Shown here one piece after another: positions 1-14,804 of a stretch of 64,000 bases of DNA. Origin of the DNA: Eledone cirrhosa (lineage: Eukaryota); assembly GCA_964016885.1 (NCBI GenBank), contig OZ024747.1, positions 63,426,001 through 63,490,000 on the forward strand, written 5' to 3'. Position 1 is the first letter of the stretch. The number at the start of each line of letters is the position of its first letter. The notes beneath the pieces are model-generated. The model did not search any database and had not been told where the DNA came from. It worked only from the letters and a program-made list of their open reading frames with translations. The translations under genes were made by a program, and so were the position numbers.

Positions 1-260
1 GGGCATTGTGGCCTAGTGGTAAGTGTGTTGGACTTATGTTGGACGTATCATAATGTTGTGGGTTCGATTCCTGGGCTGGGTTGTGTGTTGTGATCTTGAA
101 CGAAAAAATTCATTTCATGCTGCTCCAGTATACTCAGCTGAAAATGAACCAGAAATAGTTGGTGGTTTAACCCTGTGATGGACTGGTTTTCTGTCCATGG
201 AGGAGTTTTATACTCTCAGTCACTTCACGTCATGAAACCGGGATAAGCACCAGCCTTACT
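1..260 (+). mobile_element. Older tRNA-derived SINE
   Basis: GTGGCCTAGTGG A box, GGTTCGATTCC B box and a core related to family A. Related old copies lie at about 2190-2355, 12495-12690, 42662-42780, 45105-45332 and 50130-50250. Confidence 0.7.
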
Positions 261-3200
261 TCTAGCTTAAGACAGACTTTAGACTTTTAGAATATGCAAG
301 GCTGGTACTACCAATAAGGGCAACTAAGCAGCAACCTTGGACACAGTAATCAGTGAGGTATATTGTTGAATCTTAAAGAATCACAGTTGTATACATATTT
401 GTATAATTAATTGAAATATTTTAAAATTTCTTCCAATCAATAAATAATGACGAAATATCTTTGCTGACTAGCAAGCTTTGTGGAAATATCTAAAAGAGAG
501 GATTATATGGAGTTATGAATTGTCACAGAATTTATCATGGGTGAATGTGGACTTTGTAGTGTAGTAGGAAGTGTTGGCTTAGTAATTCTTTTAGTTTGGC
601 CGTGACACGGAGGTGGAGGGCAAGTTAGTTGGTGTTGAAGCATGTTTATTCAGACGTCACTTCAACAACTAAAGATAGACATAGTGTTAGACAAAGCTGT
701 CGAAGAAGTGTCTTCTGTACTGAATGACTTATAACAGTAAATATAAAACTCTGCCTTGAAGAAATAATTTAGGGCATTAAATATCCAGGCACTAGCAATG
801 CAGACATAATTATGTACATCCTTTTATATGGTTGATTCATTGATGACTAAACTGACCCTTACCCACCAGGCTAATGTGGTGAGAAGGATAGCCTTTTGGG
901 TGGGTCTAGGAAGACAAATATTGGGGTATACTTCCTGGAAGATAAACTGTGACAGTCAACTTTAACTTTTTTTTATATCAAACTGCCTAAAACTGCTTCT
1001 GGCTTTTGAAATAAACTGTTTGTTTTTAAAGTGTTTGTATTCATCTAAAAACTATCCATCATAATTTTATGTGAGAACCTTTATGTTATATTCCAAACAC
1101 AAGCTTGCTAATGAGAAATTTAGTTATATTACTAAATCACTCAATAATTTTTATTATTTTCAAAATTATTTCAAAATCATAAGCAGTGTCTCTCATTAAA
1201 AAATATGGTAACAAATGAGTTAATGTGGTTTATGTCAGACTGTTGTGCTGGTAGGCAGCTACCTTCTACTGGAAAGACATATCATTTTAAACTTGGTTTG
1301 ACCACAGCTGATTTCTTCCAGAGAGAGAGAGAAGAATCAACACCAGTACTTGACATATATATCATATATATATAAATATACTATTAATATATATACTATT
1401 ACATATATATAAATATTTTATTAAAAACAATTTAATAGAAAAAGAAAAAAATAGATTCAGAAGAAAGAATGGAATGTAAAATAAGAAAATATAAAAAAAG
1501 GAAGGTAAAGGCTAGGGCTCAAGTGTCACAGAAGAGGGGGAAGGGGGTGATGGGCTCTTGGTCTAGGACATAGAGGTAATGTGGCTGCACCCTGCAGACA
1601 TGACTGCAAAAAGCATTCCTGCAGAAAATGGCCTGTGACACCTGCTGCAACAACCAGAAAGTTTGCTTTGGTGTTATTTGGACTCAAACTATAGAGAACC
1701 GGAATGAATACTGCAAGGCATTCTATCTGGAACTCTAATGTTTCTGCTAATTCACTGCTTTTAGTTGTATGCATTGAGAATTAAAATCAGCTGGAATTAA
1801 GAAACACAGGCACATTTCTAAGGTTACACCATGAATGTTTCTGCTTCATTTAATAATTCCATTTCATTGCAATCATGCCCAGTCAATCCTGTCTAACCAT
1901 TAAAGCATTTCAAAACGTTTTAAATAAAAATCAGAATGCCTGTGTCTATAGAATGTTGCCACATGAATTAAAACAGTGGTGCATTTCCAATTAAATAAAT
2001 TGAAGTGTGTATATATATATATATATATATATAAACGCTGTACATGTGTGTGTATGTTGGACTTCCATCAGTTCCAACCACAAGTTTTGCTCTTTGATCA
2101 GGGTATCAGCCTACTGATGAAAGTAGTGTGCAAGTGAAGAGCTTTCCACAGATATGTGTATCGTTAATTTAGTTCTCAGGGAGAGTCAGCATAACACAGT
2201 GAATTACAGGCACAATTCATTTTTTCTAGCTAAGTGAACTGGAGCAATACATAATATAGTGCTGTATGCAAGAACACAATACATTCCTGGGAGTCAAACT
2301 CATGAGCCTGCAGTTGTTGGTCAAATTCTCTAACAACTCAACCACATGCCTTCACAAATTGAAGTTTATATATTGTGATGAAATGTTTAAATCAAATCTT
2401 CAGTAACATAGCAACTTTGCTATAACGTATTTATGTTTAATCATGAAAGATTACAAGGCTTTCAAAATATTAAGAACTTGGCTTTAATTTTCATCTTGAT
2501 AATTGCAAAATGATGCAGAAAATATCTGACAAAGATGAAGATTTATGGTAGAAAACGTGACAAATTAACTGCCAAATATATGAAGATGAAAAATGGAGAT
2601 GTTTATGTGTTGTTATGAACATTGAGTGACTTCAGTGTCTACTTAGATTTAACAGGTTTTCATAAGTCTCTGTCATCAATACCCTGAATAATATTAATCA
2701 AGAGTTATTCAAGCAAGAAGGCAGTGAATTGGTAGTCATTAGTGTCTCAGGTTAAATATCACTTGTTATTTGTTCTGGTTATTTAAACTCTGAGTTCAAA
2801 TCTTGCTGAGGTCAACAATTTTGCATTTAAGCCTTTTGAAATTGTTAAATAATATACCAGTCCAATGGGTGGTAGTAGATTGGCATAATTGTTAAAGAGA
2901 CAATGGGATGTTTGTGATATCTCTTTCAGCAATTTGCATTCTAAATTTACTGCAATTACACCAATGCCAGGTATAAAACTATATCAGCTCATGCCTTTCT
3001 CTAAGACAACAGTGTTGGTTAGGAGATAGGAGATTCGCATACTTGGTTGATCACTAGTCTTCTGCAAAACCAAACCTTGCCATAGCCTGCACTTTGGAGA
3101 GGACCTTTCTAGATATATATCCATAGTCTAACTAGACATATAGATAACCTAAATTCAAGCAAGACACACAGGTGTGCAATTGATAAAATACTAAACAACG

Positions 3201-5999
3201 AGTCCAAAAGTTCATGGAGTTTCTTCTGTTACTGGCATTGTATTATGTTTGTGCTCAGGAGACAGTCAATTTACTGTCAATAGCCAATATAATATGGATT
3301 ACAGGGTGCTATAGTTATATAGTTCACTGTGGTAATTAGCAGCACTTCAGAAGTTCATAGTTTCAATCATATCTCTGGTATTGTGTTGTATATGGCCAGG
3401 TCAAAGTTACTTAATTGCCAATAGCCTGCTATGCTATCATGGGTTGAATGAGACATGTTGAGAATAGAATTATATGGTCAGATGCCCTTTTTTATGTCAA
3501 CTCTCACAATGAACAATAGAACTGTGCCATCTTGTAGTAAACACAAATAGTTGCTATATTGGTCTATTGACAGTTAAGTGACTTTGTCCTGCTCAAATAC
3601 AATACAATACCAGAGATAGAATTGAAACTATGAACTACTGAAATGCTGCTAAACACCACAGTGAACTATATAACTACACCATCCTAACCCTAACCAGATG
3701 TATCACAGATGATGATAAACAAAAGCAATTCTTATGATTTGGCTACAAGTATATAAGCATTTCTTTACAAATTCCAGCTTCATTATCATATTAAAAACAA
3801 GAAGTAATCATTTTATGTACACACTCAGCTAATATATATTTTGCAGTAATCATAATAATTATCAATAAACAACAAAGAAATCGATCAATACAGTAAATTT
3901 GAAACAAATTTCCAATATCTGTGATTCATTTGTAAAATATACATAAACATAAATACTTTCCTCATGCTTTAGTCAGTTTTGTAACTTAACAAAAGCTTGT
4001 ATATATATATCATATATTGAAAAATATATGATATATATACAAATATATTGTTTTCACTGTTATGTCTGAAAATGATATAATTGTTTCATAATAATTGAAA
4101 TGGAAAGATTTACTTTTTATAACATTCTGTCTTTGTAGTATTTTGATTAGTCTTTGTGGAACTATGCTTTTAACCCTTTGGTTATTACATATGTAATGCC
4201 TATGAGTTTCAATTAATTTTGAAAATGTGGGGAATTTAATGAAATCTTTTATATAAAATCATGATGGAAGGTCTTAATATAAATATGAACATTTTAAATT
4301 GAGCAATTTTGTATCATAGAGCCATAGCTGTTTCAGCTGGCTTGGAATCACAATGTTTGCAGTTTTCAATATTCCTTCTTTTATTTATTTTCATTTTTAA
4401 AAATTCTTTTATTGGTTTCAGTTAATAGACTGCGGCCATGCTGAGGCACCATCTTAAAGAGATTTAATCAGTCATATGACTGTCAGTATTATTTATTTTT
4501 GTCAAGCCTGATACATATTTTATTAATCTCGTTTTGTTGAGCCACTAAATTATAGGGGACACACACACGGATGAACAGAAACACACACACAAACATGCAC
4601 ACACATTCAACAACCTTCTTCACAGTTTCTGACTACCAAATTTCTCTCATAAAGTATTGGTACAAACCTAAGCAATACTCAAAGACACTTGCCCAAGGTG
4701 CCACACAATGGAATTGAACCCCAAACCATGTGGATGCTTGCACCTATTTATTCTATTTTACTTTTATTTATTTCCTTCAATACAATATTCAGTTGATCCC
4801 TCCTTGTCTTGTAAACCCACACAAATTATATTCCTGTGTTATATAAATATACTGATTTCTAATTTAGGCATAGGTCCAGAAAATTTGAGCTAGAGAAAAG
4901 TTGATTAACCCTTTAGCATTTAAACCAGCTGTATCCAACCAGAATTTTCTTACCTCTTTCTGTCCAATCTGGTTTTAACTGGCCAGTCATACCGACATTG
5001 AGGTAGTGTTCTCAAAATAAATAATATCAAAATCTCATAGATTCGATATTATGTGAGACAATTATGTGAGATCAAGCCTTTTCCACAAAAATACAATAGT
5101 ATATATAAAGTCATGTAAATTCTAATGGGCTAAATCAAGCACAGTATTTGACTGGTGTGAGCCATGTACAGCATGGCCAATTCTGGCCAGACTTATATCT
5201 TAATGTATACTAACGGTCTAACCCATCCAAGCATGGAAAATGGACATTAAACGGTGAAGAATGAAAGGCAAATTTGACCTTGGGATTAACAGCCAGAACA
5301 AATAAATCAACAGTATTTTAACTGATGTCTACCACTTTTGAAAATCTTTCACCATACATATTTAAAGAAATTAAAATTGAGTTGAAATGTTCTACAATAT
5401 TTCAACATGTTGAAATATTATCATAGACTGTCATACTCTTTTATTCGTCTCAGTCATTGCACATATTTTTCTATGAATCCCATTGTTTTGAGAATCATTA
5501 TTAGATATATTTTTGATAAACATAATTATCCACAGAAGATAGCGAAACAATAGACATGGCCATTGATTCTAAGAATATATATATTTGCAGACCTGCCAAA
5601 TCAACTCAAATTTATAGATGTCAGAATGAAATGATAATTAAATTATTTGCAGTTTCATTAAGATTCCAATAATTCTCTTGTTGAAATACAAATTAATTAA
5701 TTTTTAGGTGATTCTGTGTTGTTTTTAAACCTATTTTCAGACAAATATTTTTTTCTCATCTTGGCTAATTACATACATCCATACACACACACACATATAT
5801 GCATACATACACACACACGTCTATATGTATATCATTAATTGATTCCATGCTTCTATCCTGCATAGTTCATTAATAAATTACATGAGATGTTGATTGTGAA
5901 ATGTCACCTGCTCTACCTGTAGTGGATTGCAGGAAGCATGACTATCAAATGACAGGTGTGAGATTTCAGTGACATTAGCTTCATTCATAGCACATCTCT

Positions 6000-6800
6000 T
6001 CTATGTGTATCTGTTGGTGTGTGTAGGATATATATATGTGTGTGTTTGTGAGTTTGTGCGTGTGTGTTTGTGAGTTTCTGTGTGTGTCTATGTGCAATAT
6101 GTGTTTATAGGTAGAAGTGTATTTGGCTATACATGTGTTACTATAACATTTGTGTAGGCGTGGTGTGTATGTGTGTGTTAGTGTGTGTGTAGGTACATAT
6201 GTATGTGTATGTGTTTGTGAGTTTGTGTGTGTGTATGTGTATATGTGTGCATGTGTGTGTGAGTATATGCCTTTTTAGCACAACATCAGTGTAGGTATGT
6301 GTATCTGTGAGTATCTGTGGCTGTGCATGTGTTACCATGACATTTGTGTGGGTATGTGTATGTGTATGTGTATGTTAGTGTGTGTGTGTATGTACATATG
6401 TGTGTAGATATATATATGTGCTTGCATGTGTTTGTGAGTGTGCATATGTGCATGTGTGTGTATTTATAGCTGCACATGTGTTACCATGACATTTGTGTAG
6501 GCAAGTGTATGTGTTAGTGTGTGTAGATATATGTATGTGCATGCATGTGTTTGTGAGTTTGTGTGTATGTGTGTTTGAGTGTTTCTGAGTTTGTGTGTAT
6601 GGTTGTGCATATGTTACCACAACATTTGTGGTAACATGTGTAGGTGTATGTGTGAGTGTGTAGGATATATGTATGTGTGTGTATATGTGTTTGTGTGTGA
6701 GTATATGTGGTTTTGCATTTGTTACCACGGCATTTGTGTAGGCGAGTGTGTGTGTGTGTGTGTAGGTACATATGTGTGCAGATATATGTATGTGTGTGGA
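6000..6800. repeat. Degenerate (TG/TA)n region with higher-order GTTACCA..ACATTTGTG units
   Basis: Direct inspection. Similar tracts lie at 9680-9945, 13556-14240 and 35765-36095. Confidence 0.85.
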
Positions 6801-8446
6801 GGGAATGTTAGGGTTTACATTTTTTTGCATTTATTTTTATTCTTTTCTATATTTGTTTGAAATATTAGTGTTGCTACTTGGAATGAATGTATCATCTTAA
6901 GATATTCTGTAACCCAATATAGTTGTTGATTTTTTTCTTAATATAGTTCGGGATTTAGTATTTCAGGAATTAAATGACTTTTTCTTTGTAAAATTGTCAG
7001 CACAGTCTTTCGGTAAATATTCACTGCTGGTAATGGTTTTGTTTGATTTTCGTGTGTGAACAATGAATAATAACCAAGAAAATATACTGGAATTTAAAAA
7101 AATAATCTTACTCCCAGTAACTGTACGTCCACCTCAGCAAAGTCCACAGGTAGTAGAAAGTTTTGATATTATTTTCCACAGGTTACTTACTAAACTCATT
7201 TGGTATACAACCACTCCTGGTTCTTATACAAAACTGTTTGTTTACCTTCATCTAAAAACCTTCCATTATATTTTCATATAAGAAATTTTGTTACAAACAT
7301 CAACATTATAATGAGAAAGTTAGTAATGATACTAAATTCCTCTAAATACTTGATTATTTTCAAAATGATTTGAAATTCATAGGCAGTCTTTCATGTGAAA
7401 TATAGTATTGAAAATGAGGCCCACATTTTAAATCATGCCTGGGGTTATTAGCAGCTTTGTGGACCTACATTTAATATCTAACTCTGGCTGAGTGCAGAGA
7501 CAGGTGTTTGAGTGCATGGATGATTAGATAGCTGAAGGATGGGTAGGTTTGTTGATAGATAAATGGGATAAGAGGGATAGATAGAAGAGTGTATTGGTTG
7601 ATAACTTCAAATGTATTTCTTTCTCTAAAAGCTTCAAATTATTTTATGTGAAAAGGAACTGATTATGAGTTGAAAGCAGAAAATGTATCAAACAGTTGTT
7701 TGAAATTATTTAGATAATACAGGTGTTGTGGATATTTCAAGTGTGTTATCATCATACAGTATTTAACATACAGATTTAATCTTTGCATGATGTATAGTAT
7801 ACCTGATAGCTTGTGTTGTGTCTATTTTGTGTTTTTTTATGCCATTTAACATAGCAGTTTGACAAATAGAGATTGACAAAATTCATTATGTTAATCTCAA
7901 ATAATTATTGGGATTGATATGACTGACTAAATCCTTAAAGGTAATCATGCAAGAAAGTTCTATTCTGATGCAAGCATTCATAACAGATCTTTGGTTCCAG
8001 AACAACTTTCTCCCTTATTCTCACCAGCCTTAGAGGTCCTGTAAAGATTGATGGATACGACCCTTCCTTGCCTAACAATTTGCAGTTGAATAAATAACAT
8101 TACAAATATTGACACAAATATGAAAAAAACAAAAAGAAAAAAGTGGATAACAACAAAACCAAGCAAAGAACAGCGGAGAGAAGAGGTAAAGAAGGACAGA
8201 TCTGATGGTATAGGAAAGCAGGAGAAAGGGCTATAAATGCCATAAACCTAAACACTGAAGAAAAAAAAAATGTTTAAAGCTTTTCCACTTTTTCCTACAC
8301 CTATTTTTTTATTCTTATATTTCTTTGTTGGTTTCAGTCATTGGACTGTGACCCTGTTGGGGCACTACTTTGACTTAGTTGATCATATCATGTCCAGTAT
8401 TTATTTTATTGATCTCTTTTTTGTGAAACTACTAAAATTATGTAAG

Positions 8447-8477
<31 letters not shown>

Positions 8478-8511
8478 GGAAATTTAAGAAAACCATGGAT
8501 GGTATTTTTAA

Positions 8512-8953
8512 ATTTTGGCGGTACTCAGTAATAGAGAAGACCCGCCTTACCTAAATACAAAGTAAAAACCTACTACAGTCAGTAGGCATCTCTATCAAAA
8601 CACCCCCCCCCCCCGTCCCACCACCTCCACCCCATCCACACCACCCCTTTCAATGTAAAGTTATGTTGGTCCCACAACATCCAGGCCGAAACAAATGAGA
8701 TCGTGTAGGTGTCACGACAAAAAAACACACAGTCCACGCTGTAATGTGGCCGTGTAGGCAACATGGTAAAAACCTCCCAGCCCCACACTATAAATGTGGT
8801 TGGTGTTAGGAAGGGCATCCAACTGTAGAAAACCCGCCAGACAGTCCTATGCGAGCAAGACAACCACTCTTGCCTCAAGTGGGAAAACCCCCGTCCAAAC
8901 CCATGCAAGCGTGGAACACGGACGCTAAACCTGATGATGATGATGATGATGAT
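8512..8953 (+). mobile_element. 3' end of RTE subfamily 1 (last codons plus 3'UTR)
   Basis: Near-identical to 44460-45007 (WRYSVIEKTRLT* and the UTR), with a (GAT)n tail. It lacks the roughly 112-bp UTR duplication seen in the 44.7-kb copy. Confidence 0.9.
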
Positions 8954-9100
8954 GAAATCATCTGCTACCAGAACTGCCCTTTATTCAACCTGCTTTCTTT
9001 TCGCTTCCGAAGAACAGAGGGCTGTAAATTACATTGAGTTTATCTCATCTTACCGATGACAATAGTGAAGTATTACATTACAACCTTATATATATATATA

Positions 9101-9232
9101 AAGAAAGTGTGGTAAGAAACCAGGTGACCATAACGCACCACTGTACTTGATACTTAGGGTAGTAGAGTGGGTAATAGGAAAAGAGTCAGGACCCCGATGG
9201 CTGAGCTCCAGCCTTTTCGACAGCTAGATCCG
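9101..9232 (-). mobile_element. Truncated P2 copy between (TA)n and (CA)n
   Basis: The reverse complement aligns with about 59315-59445. Confidence 0.7.
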
Positions 9233-10452
9233 AACACACACACACACATATGATGGGATTCTTCAGTTTCCCTTTACGAAATTTCATTCATGAGGCATTT
9301 GTCAACTGAAGGCTATACTAGAAAACAATTGCTTTATGCCTCACACACCAGGATGGAACCCAGAAATATATTGTTGCAGAACAAATTTCTTAACCACACA
9401 GTCAGGCCGACATATCTTTCCACTAAATCATTGATCGATAAAAAAGAGTTTATCATACATTATAAAATACTGAAATCTTCCAAGTCTTGTGAAATATTCT
9501 ACTGATTTTAGTTGAATTAAATATTAAGTAATTATTCAAATTAAGTATAATAATTTTAGTAATTAAGAACATAAATTAGATAAAATTGGAGCATCATGTA
9601 TGATGTGTTTCTTATTTGAAAATTTTCTGTAGATATAATCAAAGATATAACTCAATTTCTGTAGCAAGTAACAGATTATATATGTGTGTGTGTGTGTATA
9701 TATATATGTGTGTGTGTGTATATATATATATATGTGTGTGTGTGTATATAATATATATATAATATATATAATGTGTATATAATTTATATATATATATAAT
9801 ATATATATATATATAATATATATACATATATACATATGTGTGTGTGTGTGTATATACATACATATATATATATTATATACATACATATATACATATATAT
9901 ATGTGTGTGTGTGTATGTATATATATATATAATATAATATATATATTACTGTACTTGTAACTCAGTTGTTAGCAAGCAGAGTAATTTCATTTTAGTTTTA
10001 GTATAAGTTAAAATCTGAAAGTATTCATTTCTATCTTTCAGAAATGATTATGAAATATGTTGATGAATATATGATTAGTAGTAAACTTAATTACCGAAAA
10101 AACATTTAAAACAAATGTTTTTACATTCATTTCAAAAAGAATGGAAAACACATAGCACTCATGTTGACACTCAGACCTATACATAGACATATTGACAAAA
10201 ACACAGACACACACACACAGGCACAGACACAGTTATATTAACATACATCAGATCTGCCAACCTCTAAAGACCCAAATGTGGAGTACCATGAAAAAAAGTG
10301 TCCCAAAATGGAGAGAAATGAGCCACAGTGGGGAGATTTTACATAATGAAAGCTATACCCATTTTCACAAAGATATACATCTCTCACCCACCCCAAAGTG
10401 GGTGGGTGATCTCCCCATCAGGTGGACAGGGAGAGTTACAGGTATGCATCTT

Positions 10453-10795
10453 CATCATCATCATCATCATCATTTTACGTCCACTTTTCCCTGCTTGCAA
10501 GGGTGGGACGGGAACTGATTCTGGCTTGATTTCTACACCTGGATGCCCTTCCTAACACCAACCTCATTTACAGTGAGTGCTGGGTGCTTTTTTGTCGTGG
10601 CACCTCCACGACCACTTTGCAGTGGAATGATAAGGATCTCAGTCCCTATCATCTCATTTCTACAGCTGAGTAAACTGGAGCAATGTGAAATAAAGTGTCT
10701 TGCTCAAGGAAACAGCACATCACCCGGTCTGAGAATTGAACTCACAACCTTTCGATTGCAAAGACAATACTCTAACCACTAAGCCATGTGCCTCC
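10453..10795 (-). mobile_element. tRNA-derived SINE family A (tRNA head, CORE-like body, RTE tail)
   Basis: Minus: GGAGGCACATGGCTTAGTGG (A box)...GAGTTCAATTC (B box), then CCTTGAGCAAGACACTT core, then an RTE-like 3' tail with (ATG)n. Confidence 0.9.
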
Positions 10796-11651
10796 ATATA
10801 TACACATTTGTATGAAAGCACATATTACTAAAAGGCATATTTGTGTGTGTGTGTGAGTGTGTGTATGTGCATTTATGTGTGGATGTGTTTGTTTCTGATG
10901 AACAATATTATTTATTCTGTAGTATCTACTTTGTTATAAAATACATTTTAACATTGGTTATCTACAGAGTGTCCCAGTTGTCAGAAAATATTAATCTCTA
11001 TCATGACATTGGGTATTCATTCTAGCAACTGTCAACACTAAGTATATATATACTTACTTAATATACCATGATAGAGAGACATTCATATGAGTGAGACTCA
11101 TATTTTAGTCTCTCTGACTTATGCTCCTCTAAATAGAGTTTCTACAGTATCCATTTATATATATATATATAAACTTAAGAAAACAAAGAGTGGACAAGAC
11201 AATGAACGAAAAACAATTTTTTAAGTGGAAACCTTAAAAAGTTTTTTTTTTATCTATGTAACTCCTGAGTCATCGGCCATTGAGGTGGACTTTGGTAGTT
11301 TTGACCCCTAATATATGTTGTCATCATAATCATTATCATCACCACTACATTTTAATGCCTACCTTTCATAGTTACATGTGCTACATGGATTGTCATGTTA
11401 TGAGGCTAAACTGGTCAAATGATATCCTCTTCATATGAACCATTTTTGGCTTAATGACCATCTTAATGCCAATCATCTTAACTTACACACACACACGTAT
11501 ATCAATACATACATGTATCACTGGCATCTCCATTTTTCATATAACATTTACAAGAACTCAATTTATTTTATATCAGTAAGAAAATTATATGTATATATAT
11601 GTGTGTGTATGTGTGTATACATGTGTGTGTATATATATATATGTGTATGGG

Positions 11652-11686
<35 letters not shown>

Positions 11687-11687
<1 letters not shown>

Positions 11688-11884
11688 TATTAAAATAACA
11701 GATTAAAGTTTAAGCAAAGAATCGCTGCTTTCACCCTTAACCGTTAAGGGTGAAAGCAGCGATTCTTTGCTTAAACTTTAATCTGTTATTTTATTAAATA
11801 TTTGCCCTACGGTTCTTATATATCTGATATATATTTGTCCTTATCGAGCCCTCTTTGGATTTTAGTCGTCAAATTTATTATTAT

Positions 11885-11887
<3 letters not shown>
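11687..11887 (+). mobile_element. Foldback short element in (TA)n (family P1)
   Basis: Near-perfect palindrome of about 55-bp arms centred on CCG at 11741-11743, plus an about 85-bp unique tail. Homologous to 26501-26725, about 56180-56248 and 63288-63402. Confidence 0.75.
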
Positions 11888-11926
<39 letters not shown>

Positions 11927-12957
11927 ACATATATATATATATATATAATTATCTTGTTATCTTGCTGTGTGTGTGTATAAGTATGTGTGTGTGTGTATTT
12001 CAATTAATTTATTGAAGTTGCATTTGCACAAAGGCAACACAGTTGAATTATATGAGGTAAGTCTCTATACACTCAAGATTCAAGAAATGCATTCTTTGTT
12101 TCAGAGGGGACTCTTAATCTATTGAAAAGAAAAACCAGGAATAATACTTTAGACGGTGTGTTTGTCTTTTACGGTAGACAATAACCACTACAACAAATAG
12201 TAAGGAAAAAAAAATTAACCAGGCTGTAATAGTTTCTGATGAACCAACTTTTAGTACAGTCACAGTTACATATTCACATTAACAGTAATTGCATGTCCAA
12301 TTCTGACTGGAGTATCTTTCCCAGCAGTTCAATTTGGCTCTTTCAGATATCGCTCCTTGCCACTATAGTAGAACAGTGGCTATACAGTATCCCATCACTT
12401 TAAAGAGGAAGGTCGGATTACATTTTTGAGGGGGTATTTCATTGTGTTAGTAATGCGTTATTCTTTCAGACTCCAATCAAGCTCTCAAACTATTAGAATG
12501 TTGGGCTTGAAATCGTGAGGTTGTGAGTTCGATTCTTGGACCTGGTGATGTGTTGTATCCTTGAGCAAGACACTTTATTTCACATTGCTCCTGTTTATTC
12601 AGCTGTAGAAATTAGTTGTGACGTCACTGGTACCAAGCTGTATCAGCCTTTGCTTTTCCCTTGGACAACATCAGTGCCATGGAGAGGGGGAAGCTTAATT
12701 AAAATGTCTGGCATTTGACTTTTGAAAAGATAATGCAAAATAAAATTTAAAAACATTGATAGCCTTTACAAAAATGATTACTGAAGGAGTAATGGTGCAA
12801 ATTGTGAGTACCATTTGGAAAAATATTGTTATATTTGGAGAGGGTCATGTTGTCTTAATATTCCAATGATAATAATAATAAAATTCACTTCAGTATTTCT
12901 TTATATTTCTATAAATAATATAGCTGGCATTGATTGACCAACAGTTAAAAATATAAA

Positions 12958-13282
12958 TATAATTTCTCAAAGTTTTTTCATCACAGATTTTTCTGTGATT
13001 TCCTCCCATTGTATTTGGGGAAAAAATTGGGATTATCTAGGTTAGAAATAATTAAGAATTTTAGCCACTCCTTCAAAATTCTTCAGTAATGAAATGAAAT
13101 AGAGCATATTTCATTAATAATGTGGCCATGAAGAGGTTCAGAAATGATTTTATGTAAGCCTATTTAAGGTTTTTTAGTTTGATCTCATAATGTTTTTATT
13201 CAGATAATCCCAATTTTTTCCCCAAATACAATGGGAGGAAATCATAGAAAAATCTGTGATGAAAAAACTTTGAGAAATTATA
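12958..13282. repeat. 81-bp inverted repeat (12958-13038 and 13202-13282)
   Basis: Reverse-complement match with one mismatch seen and an about 163-bp spacer. Confidence 0.9.
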
Positions 13283-14136
13283 GTAAGTTAGCATATGTTG
13301 AAAGATTTCAATTTGAATAGAAATTATTTAAAATTGATGGGGTTTGTTTTTTTATTGACACATAGCTAGTTTTTGGCAGGAAAAAAGTTAAACAGAAGTT
13401 CTCAGTTAATGAAAATAGTTGGTGCTGACATGGAAGATTGGAAATTAATAAAGGAAATTTAAATTATTTAAAATAATCTTAGGATGGAATATGGAAGTAT
13501 AAAAATGAAATAATTGAAATATAATAAAATAATTATTTATATTTAAATGTCTGTGTTATATGTATGTATATGAATGCATGTATGTGTGTATATATATATG
13601 TGTATGTGTATGTGTGTATATATCTATAAATGTATATGTGTGCATATGTGTTTGTGTATATATGTATGTGTGTTTATATATATGTATATGTATGTATATG
13701 TGTATGTGTACATATATATATGTGTGTATGTTTGCATATGTGTATGAGTATGTACATATATATGTATATGTGTGCATATGTGTATGTGTATATGTATGTA
13801 TGCGTATATGTATGTGTATATATATATATATATGTATATGTATGCGTATATGTATGTGTATATATATATATATATGTGTATATATATATGTATGTATATA
13901 TATGTGTATATATATATATATATGTATATATATGTGTATATATATATATATATAAGTATGCATATGTGTATGTATGTATATATATATATAATAATATATG
14001 TGTATATATGTGAACTTAGAACATATTTGCTAACATAAGAGATACGTTTTCATTCCTCTATATATATATATTATTATATGTGTATGTATAATAATGTATG
14101 TATATATAATTATTATATTATATGCGTATGTAGGTA

Positions 14137-14228
<92 letters not shown>

Positions 14229-14804
14229 TACATACACACATAAAGAGCTCTTCATAAAGCGAAGGGGGAGACTTTCAGTGTGATATGATGCAATGAAAGG
14301 AAATAGCAATAGAAAAATAGGAAACAAGGAAGAATCTCATTGATGACCTGTCAACAGGAATAATATGAAACCTGGGGAAATAGATTGAGATCTTTTGAGT
14401 CACATATAGCTGCAAGTCGTATAACCTGAATAAACATTACATGCCATCCAGGCAGTATTTCTATTTTGGAATAGGGAAAATTACACAGGTCTTGTACAAT
14501 TAAAGAAAAATAAGTGTTAAAAAAACTAATTATTATTTGTTTAAACATTTATCTTTTTTGTGGTATCCTGTCACCCTTCCATGTTGTCAATGAACTTTAT
14601 CTCTCTCACATCCTCTCTCTCCTTATCTATAGTGGTCTATCTATCTATTTATCTAACTATCTATCTGAATTTGTTCTATCTGTTTGGCTTAGAGGTTAAG
14701 TTGTTGAACTCAGGATCATATAGTTATGGGTTCAATCCTTGAACCAGGAACTGTATTGCTTTGAGCAAGGGGCTTCGTTTTGTTTTGCTCCTCATGATAG
14801 GCCA

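Noticed and set aside
555-954. Possible solo LTR (TGT...ACA ends, minus-strand AATAAA)
   Set aside because: No TSD and no second copy, so it is unsupported.
10543-10782. Recurrent MPFLTPTSFTVSAGCFF ORF family
   Set aside because: Antisense translation of SINE A copies, not a gene family.
10720-10795. tRNA gene
   Set aside because: The tRNA-like A/B boxes are SINE heads without a complete cloverleaf.
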